From contig JAVVTM010000001.1 in assembly GCA_036653655.1 (NCBI GenBank), positions 1 to 32,410 of the forward strand: a stretch of 32,410 nucleotides of DNA, in the 5' to 3' direction. Positions 26,558 to 32,410 of the stretch are shown piece after piece. The translations under genes and the position numbers were made by a program. The notes under the pieces were generated by a model. It saw only the letters and a list, made by a program, of their open reading frames with translations, was not told the origin of the DNA and searched no databases. This DNA is from Clostridia bacterium. GTDB taxonomy: Bacteria; Bacillota; Clostridia; Christensenellales; UBA3700. The stretch's first letter is position 1. The number at the start of each line of letters is the position of its first letter.

Positions 26558-26932
26558 ATGCAAAAAGCTTCAGATTTTATTCGTTATAAAGTTGGTAATT
26601 TTACTATTTTAGTTGGTAAAAATAACATTCAAAACGACTTGCTAACTTTTAAAACAGCAAAAAATCTTGATATTTGGTGCCACACAAAAGACATTCACGG
26701 AAGCCATACAATAATCGTTGGCGAGGAAGAAATACCCGCAGAAATTATCAAAATTGCGTGCGAAATTGCCAGTTTTTATTCTAAAGGCAGGGATACTGAC
26801 AAAATTGCAGTCGATTACACTTTTAAAAAATTTGTCAAAAAAAATCCTAACGGCAACGCTGGTATGGTTATTTACACCAACAACAAAACGCTGTATGTTA
26901 AGCCAAACAAAAATGAGCAATATTTGGTTTAA
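26558..26932 (+). CDS. rqcH: RqcH C-terminal part (NFACT-R/DUF814 domain), in the same frame as 25022-26542
   Basis: ILVGKNNIQNDLLTF...DIWCHTKDIHGSHTII is the NFACT-R signature. There is no SD before the ATG at 26558. Only one TAA (26540-26542) and five sense codons separate it from the upstream ORF. Confidence 0.8.
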   Translation: MQKASDFIRYKVGNFTILVGKNNIQNDLLTFKTAKNLDIWCHTKDIHGSHTIIVGEEEIPAEIIKIACEIASFYSKGRDTDKIAVDYTFKKFVKKNPNGNAGMVIYTNNKTLYVKPNKNEQYLV

Positions 26933-27050
26933 GGCAAATAAAATTAATTATATTTAGCTTAAAGCAAACAAAAACTTTATAATATTTAACTTAAAAAACT
27001 TTATAATATTTGACTTAAAAAAATTAATAATATTTGACTTAAAAAAACAT
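26919..27050. repeat. Five tandem, degenerate copies of the rqcH stop-codon context
   Basis: The copies are AATATTTGGTTTAAGGCAAA.., TATATTTAGCTTAAAGCAAA.., AATATTTAACTTAAAAAACT.., AATATTTGACTTAAAAAAAT.. and AATATTTGACTTAAAAAAAC... The first contains the real TAA at 26930-26932. Confidence 0.85.
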
Positions 27051-27104
27051 ATTATTAATAATTGAATTGCTAAGCGTTGCGCAAAATGTGCAAACTTAAA
27101 TAAG

Positions 27105-27136
27105 AAAAGAGTAACTATTGCTACTCTTTTCTTTAT
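27105..27136. terminator. Bidirectional terminator between the convergent rqcH and pyrP genes
   Basis: AAAAGAGTA-ACTATTGC-TACTCTTTT followed by CTTTAT; an A-tract upstream makes it work on both strands. Confidence 0.6.
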
Positions 27137-27142
27137 GACCTT

Positions 27143-27285
27143 ATTAAATTTATAAGCTTTTGGGTTAACAGCAAAATGAGTTTAGTGAAAACCAAACTCA
27201 TTCCTTTTATAATATTAAATTTACAAATTTTTGGGTTAAAAGCAAAATGAGTTTAGCGCAATGCCAAACTCATTTCTTTTTTAAT
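27143..27285. repeat. About 71-bp tandem duplication; each copy carries a terminator-like hairpin
   Basis: ATTAAATTTA.AA..TTTTGGGTTAA.AGCAAAATGAGTTT[loop]AAACTCATT(C/T)CTTTT..TAAT occurs twice (27143-27213 and 27214-27285). The AATGAGTTT/AAACTCATT stems are conserved, the loops differ, and T-runs follow. Confidence 0.85.
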
Positions 27286-27383
27286 ATTAATTTTTTATCC
27301 AACTTTTTGAGTGCATTTTACAATTGAGTGCATTTTGTAATAGCTACTCTTTTTTAAAATTTTATTTGTTTTTAGCAATACAA

Positions 27384-28769
27384 TTATTCTACTATATCAA
27401 AAAAAGTTTCTTTTTCTTCATCATTTTTATCACGCTTGCCTGTGCCTACAAATTTTTCGGCAAGAACAAACAATTGATTAAGAATTATGCCCAAGAAAGT
27501 TACAATAGCAAGTGGAGAAATTGCGACAGAACCAATTTTTAATTCCATCTTTGCGGCGCTCATACCAATGCCAACAACAAGTATTATTGATACAATAAAT
27601 GTGTTTTTAGGTTTAGCAAAATCAATTTTTTCCTCAACCAAAACTTTTAAGCCGTTAGCTGTAATCATACCAAAAAGCAATAAACTTGCGCCACCAACAA
27701 CTGCGCCGGGGATAGTGCCAATTATGCCACCAAATTTGCTAAATACGCCTAAACATACAGCAAAAATGCCCGCAAGCAAAATATTGTTAGGATTGTAATT
27801 TTTTGTAATAGCCAAAACTGCAGTGTTTTCGCCATAAGTTGTGTTTGGAGGCCCTCCAAGCAAACCTGCAACAAATGTTGCAATGCCATCGCCGGTTAAA
27901 GTGCGATGTAAGCCCGGGTCTTTCATAAAATCTACGCCACAAACAACGCTGTTTGCGCTAATATCTCCAATATGTTCCATACAAGTTACAAGCGCAAGCG
28001 GAGCAAACATAAGTACAATTTCGGTATCCCACGCAAGGTATTTTAAAAAGCCAAACTCTGTGCTAGCGTTTTGGAAAATAATCCAAGGCGCATTGCTAAC
28101 GCTACTAAAGCTAACCATACCGCAAGCAAGCGCAGTTACATAACCAACAATAATACCGCACAAAACCGGGATAGAACTAAAAAAGCCTTTAGTTAAAAGC
28201 GCAACTGCAATGATTGTGATAACAGTTAAGCAAACGATAAGCCAAGTTTTGCCCATTAATTCGGGATTGTTAGCGTATGTACCTTGAATGTTGCCACCCA
28301 AAACAACTGGCGCTAAATTTAAGCCGATAACCATAATAACTGGGCCAACAACGATTGGTGGAAACAATTTTTTAATTTTTTTAACGCCAATAACTTTAAC
28401 AAGAAGCGCTACAAGCAAGTAAACAAGCCCTGCCATCATAATACCAACAGAAACTTTGCCCATTTGTTGTTGCCAAGCAACCGAGCCAATTTTGTAAACA
28501 AATTCCTCAGTAGTGCCAACGTGTTTGCCAATTGTCGCAATCAAAACAGGCACATAAGCAAAACTACTGCCCAAAAATACAGGCACTTTTCGTTTTGAAA
28601 TGAAGTGGAACATAATTGTACCAACACCTGCGCAAAGCAAAGTAACAGAAACACTTAAGTTACAAAGCATTGGCACTAAAATTGTTGCGCCCATCATTGC
28701 AAACATATGTTGAATGCCGAGGATTGTACTTTTGCCAGCATTTAACATTTTTGACTTGTCAACTTTCAT
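27384..28769 (-). CDS. pyrP: Uracil/xanthine permease (NCS2 family), PyrP/UraA-like
   Basis: STILGIQHMFAMMGATILVP is the NCS2 N-terminal signature. About 12-14 TM helices. Immediately downstream of pyrR. A GGAG SD lies 7 nt upstream. Confidence 0.85.
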   Translation of the reverse strand: MKVDKSKMLNAGKSTILGIQHMFAMMGATILVPMLCNLSVSVTLLCAGVGTIMFHFISKRKVPVFLGSSFAYVPVLIATIGKHVGTTEEFVYKIGSVAWQQQMGKVSVGIMMAGLVYLLVALLVKVIGVKKIKKLFPPIVVGPVIMVIGLNLAPVVLGGNIQGTYANNPELMGKTWLIVCLTVITIIAVALLTKGFFSSIPVLCGIIVGYVTALACGMVSFSSVSNAPWIIFQNASTEFGFLKYLAWDTEIVLMFAPLALVTCMEHIGDISANSVVCGVDFMKDPGLHRTLTGDGIATFVAGLLGGPPNTTYGENTAVLAITKNYNPNNILLAGIFAVCLGVFSKFGGIIGTIPGAVVGGASLLLFGMITANGLKVLVEEKIDFAKPKNTFIVSIILVVGIGMSAAKMELKIGSVAISPLAIVTFLGIILNQLFVLAEKFVGTGKRDKNDEEKETFFDIVE

Positions 28770-28848
28770 ATAAATCTCCTCTGTAAATATATTTTATAAA
28801 CATTTGTATTTAACTCGCATTAATCTTGATGTTTATATGTTTTATATT

Positions 28849-28901
28849 AATTTGTTTGTAATTTTTCAATTTTGTTTAAACAAATTGTTTGTAATTTTTT
28901 T
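28849..28901. repeat. About 34-bp-period local repeat in the pyrR-pyrP spacer
   Basis: AATTTGTTTGTAATTTTT (28849-28866) and AATTGTTTGTAATTTTT (28883-28899). Confidence 0.6.
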
Positions 28902-29001
28902 ACTTTATATATTGTAATTAATATTTTATAATTTTTTTGCCTATTATAATAATGTTTTTTACTTTTAACAAAACGCTTTATCTTTAATATTTACAAAACA
29001 A

Positions 29002-29541
29002 TTAAATGTTATCATAAAGTAAAACGCTGTTTTCGGTATCAATGCCAAGCATATTAACGGCGACGGTTTCTGTAATTGCGGTTGGCAAATTTTTACCAAC
29101 ATAATCGGCACGGATTGGCAATTCTCTGTGTCCACGGTCAACCATAACGGCAAGTTGGATTGTTTTTGGCCTGCCCAACTGCATAATTGCATCAATCGCT
29201 GCGCGCACTGTACGCCCAGTAAACAAAACGTCATCAATTAAAATAACATTTTTGCCCACCACATCAAACGGAATATCTGTGCTGTTTAAAATTGGTTGCG
29301 GATTAATTAGCGTTAAATCATCACGATATAGTGTGATATTTAAGCTACCAACTTGCAAATGTACGTTGTAAGTTTGAAAAATTTTGTCCTCAATAATATT
29401 TGCAATAGGTACGCCTCTACGATGAATACCAATTAAAACAACATCTTCTGTGCCGTGATTATGTTCAATAATTTCGTGCGCAATCCTTGTTAACGCTCGT
29501 GTCATTGCCATTTCATCACAAATTTTTGCTTTAATTTGCAT
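29002..29541 (-). CDS. pyrR: PyrR: pyr operon RNA-binding attenuation protein / uracil phosphoribosyltransferase
   Basis: MTRALTRIAHEIIE, ITLYRDDL, and the PRPP-binding loop VILIDDVLFTGRT. The start is set at ATG 29541; the upstream ATG at 29556 overlaps the GGAGG SD (ATGGAGGTTGTAATTATG). Confidence 0.93.
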   Translation of the reverse strand: MQIKAKICDEMAMTRALTRIAHEIIEHNHGTEDVVLIGIHRRGVPIANIIEDKIFQTYNVHLQVGSLNITLYRDDLTLINPQPILNSTDIPFDVVGKNVILIDDVLFTGRTVRAAIDAIMQLGRPKTIQLAVMVDRGHRELPIRADYVGKNLPTAITETVAVNMLGIDTENSVLLYDNI

Positions 29542-29556
29542 AATTACAACCTCCAT

Positions 29557-29675
29557 AAAAAAAAGTTTTGTTGCGCAAACAAAACTACAATTAATAAACT
29601 AGTGTTTTGTTGGCATCACAGTACCAAATTTAAAAACTATAGCTATATTTTAACATAAAACTTACCTTCCGTAAA
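29557..29675 (-). promoter_or_regulatory. Promoter plus transcription-attenuator leader upstream of pyrR
   Basis: Minus strand: TTTACG (29675-70), 17-nt spacer, TGtTAAAAT (-10 at 29652-47). The leader contains GTTTTGTTG twice on the plus strand (29565-73, 29603-11) and one complement CAAACAAAAC (29576-85). This allows mutually exclusive antiterminator and terminator hairpins; the terminator is followed by U8 (29557-64). An additional 5' hairpin (29603-29637) could sequester the antiterminator arm. Confidence 0.55.
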
Positions 29676-29678
29676 CAG

Positions 29679-30593
29679 TTATTGCAAACTTTCCAAAACA
29701 TTTTTAAAATAGTCTGGAAGTGGGGCTTCAAAAGTCATCACTTCGTTAGTTTTTGGATGAGTTAAAACCAATCTAAACGCATGCAAAAGTTGCCCGTTAA
29801 GCCCAAATTTATTGCTTCCGCCGTAAACGTCATCACCCACTATACTATGCCCAATAAACTTACTATGTACCCTAATTTGATGTGTTCTGCCCGTTTTTAG
29901 TTCAAATTGCATTAAAGTGTAGTTTTTGTAGCGCTTTAAAACGGTGTAAAGGGTTATTGCGGTTTTGCCACTGTCATCAACAGCCATTTTTTTGCGGTCT
30001 TTTTTGCACCTTGCAATAGCCTTATTAATAACGCCCTCATCAGCCTTAACCACACCATCAACAAGCGCAATATAAAAGCGTTTTGCTTGTTTTGTCGCAA
30101 TTTGATTAGATAAGCTAACGTGCGCTAAATTTGTTTTTGCAACCACTAATAATCCGCTTGTATTTTTGTCAATTCGGTGCACAATGCCCGGCCTAATAAC
30201 GCCGTTAATATCGCTTAAATTTTTTAAATGAAAAAGCAACGCATTAACTAAAGTGTTGTCGTACGAACCTTGCGCAGGGTGCACAACAAGCCCTTGTTGC
30301 TTGTTAATTACGGCAATATCATCATCTTCATAGACAATGTCAATAGGGATATTTGCAGGCGATAAATCCATTTCACGAGCGTCCTCAATGGTAACGCCAA
30401 CGCTATCGCCAACTTTCATAACATAACCTGCTTTTTTGCTTTCGTTATTAACTAAAACTGCGCCTTTGCCTATTAATCCCTTAATTTGACTGCGAGTAAC
30501 ACCCTCAATATCTTCAATATTTTCAAAATTATCCAAAACAAAAACATCAAGCCTCAAACCTGATATTTCTGCAATAAAATTATATTTTTTCAT
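29679..30593 (-). CDS. rluD: 23S rRNA pseudouridine synthase, RluD/RluA family
   Basis: N-terminal S4-like domain and the catalytic motif HRIDKNTSGLLVVAK. Same position after lspA as in Bacillus subtilis. Confidence 0.9.
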   Translation of the reverse strand: MKKYNFIAEISGLRLDVFVLDNFENIEDIEGVTRSQIKGLIGKGAVLVNNESKKAGYVMKVGDSVGVTIEDAREMDLSPANIPIDIVYEDDDIAVINKQQGLVVHPAQGSYDNTLVNALLFHLKNLSDINGVIRPGIVHRIDKNTSGLLVVAKTNLAHVSLSNQIATKQAKRFYIALVDGVVKADEGVINKAIARCKKDRKKMAVDDSGKTAITLYTVLKRYKNYTLMQFELKTGRTHQIRVHSKFIGHSIVGDDVYGGSNKFGLNGQLLHAFRLVLTHPKTNEVMTFEAPLPDYFKNVLESLQ

Positions 30594-30648
30594 TATATTT
30601 TTCCATTATATTATCCATTATGTTTTCCATATTTTCCATATTTTTATT
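30591..30648. repeat. Five tandem 9-13-nt copies of the rluD start-codon context
   Basis: The minus strand reads ATGGAAAAT ATGGAAAACATA ATGGATAATATA ATGGAAAAATATA ATGAAAAAATAT. The ATGs are at 30639, 30630, 30618, 30606 and 30593 (the rluD start). Confidence 0.9.
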
Positions 30649-30719
30649 ATGTTTATTACTTTTAATTTGAAAATATTTTATTACTTTAACTTGCAAATGT
30701 TTTATTAACTTGATTTTTT
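30649..30719. repeat. Three degenerate tandem copies (~22-26 bp) of the lspA stop-codon context
   Basis: ATGTTTATTACTTTTAATTTGAAAAT, ATTTTATTACTTTAACTTGCAA and ATGTTTTATTAACTTGATTTTTT. The last contains the lspA TAA (30705-30707) and its final codons. Confidence 0.75.
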
Positions 30720-31229
30720 ATCCAATTTTCTTTTCTTTTTTAAAGAAATATCGCTTTCCTTAAATTCAAAAACAAGATAGACAATAAACATTAGCACTCC
30801 CACCAACAAAAAGATGTCGGCAACATTTCCTATGGCAAAATTAATGCCAAAAAATGTATCTAAAAACGCATAATCAATAAAATCTCTTACATATCCAAAA
30901 ATAATACGGTCGTACAAATTGCCAAGCGCTCCGCCAAGACACATCAAAAGAGAATAACGAAACAGCTTGTTTGTATCTCGTTTGTAGCCTAAAAAGCCAA
31001 TTATTACAATGCAAACAACAACAGTTAATGCAATTAAAAAAAGAGAATTTCCCTCAAATATGCCAAAAGTTGCGCCATAATTTTTAACATAAGTAAAGTT
31101 GTAAATGCCATCTAAAATAACCGCTGATTGGTTTGGCAAATCAACTAAATATTTGACGATAAATTCCTTAGAAATCAAATCGCCAAACAATATAAATGTA
31201 AAAAATAAAAGTTCTAAAATGGTTGCCAT
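30705..31229 (-). CDS. lspA: Lipoprotein signal peptidase (signal peptidase II)
   Basis: Four TM helices and conserved blocks NYGATFG, GGALGNLYDR, VRDFIDY and NVADI, which contain the catalytic Asp residues. Confidence 0.9.
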   Translation of the reverse strand: MATILELLFFTFILFGDLISKEFIVKYLVDLPNQSAVILDGIYNFTYVKNYGATFGIFEGNSLFLIALTVVVCIVIIGFLGYKRDTNKLFRYSLLMCLGGALGNLYDRIIFGYVRDFIDYAFLDTFFGINFAIGNVADIFLLVGVLMFIVYLVFEFKESDISLKKKRKLDKKSS

Positions 31230-31233
31230 ATTG

Positions 31234-31863
31234 CTAATTCCTCTTTTTATTTTCCAAATTTTTGCGTAAATCCATTGGCACTTGAATACTCATTCCTTCC
31301 GGCGTTAACAAAAATATACTGCCAGAAATACGGTGCATACTGCCACTTAAGCCATAAATTGCGCCACTCATAAAATCTAAAATACGCTGTGCGCTGTCAT
31401 CGCTAATTTTTTGCAAATCAACAATAAGTGGTTGCCTACGCTTTAGCGTATCAATAAGCGATTGAACTTCGGCATAAGTTTGCGGATAAGAAATAATTAC
31501 ATTTGCAGGCACTTCATCAGTGTAAGGCGAATAGCTTTCCACATCTAATTTACTGCCTTTGCCCGTATGTCTAAATGATGAAAAAATGCTCCTTTTCTTT
31601 TTTAAAGGTTGAGCAAATTGCTCTTGATAAGGCTCTCTTTCTTGCCTTTCGCCGTAATCACGCGAAGTTTCTCTTGCGCCATATCTCGTGTCAAAATTGT
31701 TTTCGTAATCATCATATCTAGAAGCATTGCGAGGGGCAGAAACCCTTTCGCTATTATCAAAATTGTCATATTCATCATCGGCGTAGCCCCTTTTTATTGG
31801 TTCTCTATCGCCGTAATAATCTCTTTCATAGTTGTTGTAATTATCTTCATCAAATCTTGACAT
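31234..31863 (-). CDS. sepF: Cell division protein SepF with a ~95-aa acidic/aromatic N-terminal extension
   Basis: C-terminal SepF core: YAEVQSLIDTLKRRQPLIVDLQKI...AQRILDFMSGAIYGLSGSMHRISGSIFLLTP. The start is set at ATG 31863, with an AAAGGAG SD 7 nt upstream. The TTG at 31881 lies within the ylmE 3' end. Confidence 0.85.
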   Translation of the reverse strand: MSRFDEDNYNNYERDYYGDREPIKRGYADDEYDNFDNSERVSAPRNASRYDDYENNFDTRYGARETSRDYGERQEREPYQEQFAQPLKKKRSIFSSFRHTGKGSKLDVESYSPYTDEVPANVIISYPQTYAEVQSLIDTLKRRQPLIVDLQKISDDSAQRILDFMSGAIYGLSGSMHRISGSIFLLTPEGMSIQVPMDLRKNLENKKRN

Positions 31864-31864
31864 A

Positions 31865-32410
31865 TTAGCTCCTTTCTCCAAAAATTGCTCTGCCTAAACG
31901 GATAATATTTGCGCCACCATATTTTATGGCTAATTTGTAATCATTGCTCATACCTGCTGAAAGAAACTGCATTTTGCAATTGGCAGAATTGATTTTTTTA
32001 CAATTCTCAAAAACATCATGCAAATTTTTGTAATTATCTATTAACTCATTTTCTGGCATATCAACGGGGAAAACCGCCATTAAGCCCAAAATTTGTATGT
32101 TTGGATAATTTTCAATAAGTTTAATAAAGCTTGCAATATCTTCAACAAAAATACCGCCTTTACTTTCTTCTTTGCCAATATTAAGTTCTATTAAACAGTT
32201 GCAAATTATGTTGTTTTTTTTAGCGCACTTGTCAATTTCTTCTGCCAAACTTAGGCGGTCGAGAGAGTGAATAAGCTCTACCTTATCAATAATATATTTA
32301 ACTTTGTTAGTTTGCAACCTGCCAATAAAATGCCATTTTCCTTTGCCTTTTTCATATTTATCCAAAAGCTCCTGCACCCTATTTTCGCCCAAAACATCAA
32401 GCAAATTGTT
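31865..32410 (-). CDS. YggS/YlmE-family PLP homeostasis protein; the N-terminus lies outside the window
   Basis: GENRVQEL, HFIGRLQTNKVK, LSAGMSNDY, and IIRLGRAIFG at the C-terminus. The frame stays open to the window edge. Confidence 0.85.
   Translation of the reverse strand, partial: NNLLDVLGENRVQELLDKYEKGKGKWHFIGRLQTNKVKYIIDKVELIHSLDRLSLAEEIDKCAKKNNIICNCLIELNIGKEESKGGIFVEDIASFIKLIENYPNIQILGLMAVFPVDMPENELIDNYKNLHDVFENCKKINSANCKMQFLSAGMSNDYKLAIKYGGANIIRLGRAIFGERS

Noticed and set aside
28775-28784. ACAGAGGAG upstream of pyrP as a possible PyrR-binding box (compare CCAGAGAGG) for a second attenuator.
   Set aside because: It sits 7 nt from the pyrP ATG and is simply the SD. No terminator/antiterminator pair is evident in the 232-bp pyrR-pyrP spacer on the minus strand.
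28868-28888. AT-rich near-palindrome CAATTTTGTTTAAACAAATTG in the pyrR-pyrP spacer, as a possible terminator.
   Set aside because: A T-run follows it only on the plus strand, where no gene is transcribed. On the minus (coding) strand it is followed by A-rich sequence. The stem is weak and all A/T, with a bulge.
1-32410. Search for a defence, toxin-antitoxin, secretion or mobile-element system: nucleases, helicases, methyltransferases, integrases, phage genes, or small paired ORFs.
   Set aside because: Every sizeable ORF except two (13395-14114 and 17128-17793) matches a well-known housekeeping family in conserved synteny. No candidate multi-gene accessory module is present. The window looks like core chromosome.

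Overview
This is an AT-rich, gene-dense chromosomal core segment of a low-GC Bacillota; the gene order looks Clostridia-like. Almost every gene is on the minus strand.

Gene content, in coordinate order:
- The 3' part of a P-type Ca2+-type ATPase (+).
- A division/cell-wall (dcw) cluster, in transcription order: mraZ, rsmH, a 239-aa bitopic protein in the ftsL slot, a class B PBP, murE, mraY, murD, ftsW, murA, ftsQ, ftsA, ftsZ.
- A metallophosphoesterase.
- An isolated 221-aa cysteine-rich ORF between two unusually long, repeat-laden intergenic regions.
- The proteostasis block tig-clpP-clpX-lon-engB.
- A divergent rqcH (NFACT/FbpA) gene (+), split by a single in-frame TAA.
- ylmE(yggS)-sepF-lspA-rluD-pyrR-pyrP.

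The genetic code is standard: TGA acts as a stop in the murE/mraY GTGA overlap. I found no rRNA or tRNA genes, CRISPR arrays, transposases or integrases, or recognisable defence genes. I do not see a convincing novel multi-gene system here.

The most unusual signals are:
1. Nearly every intergenic region carries its own locus-specific tandem 'stutter' duplication. These often span a start or stop codon, and two in-frame examples lie inside lon and rqcH.
2. rqcH is interrupted by an in-frame stop and has a Cys/Asn-rich repeat insertion.
3. The orphan Cys-rich, beta-rich protein.
4. An atypical protein occupies the ftsL slot, and FtsZ, SepF and that protein share Tyr/Arg/Asp/Glu/Asn-rich disordered segments.

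All functional calls come from reading motifs in the supplied translations. No database search was possible.
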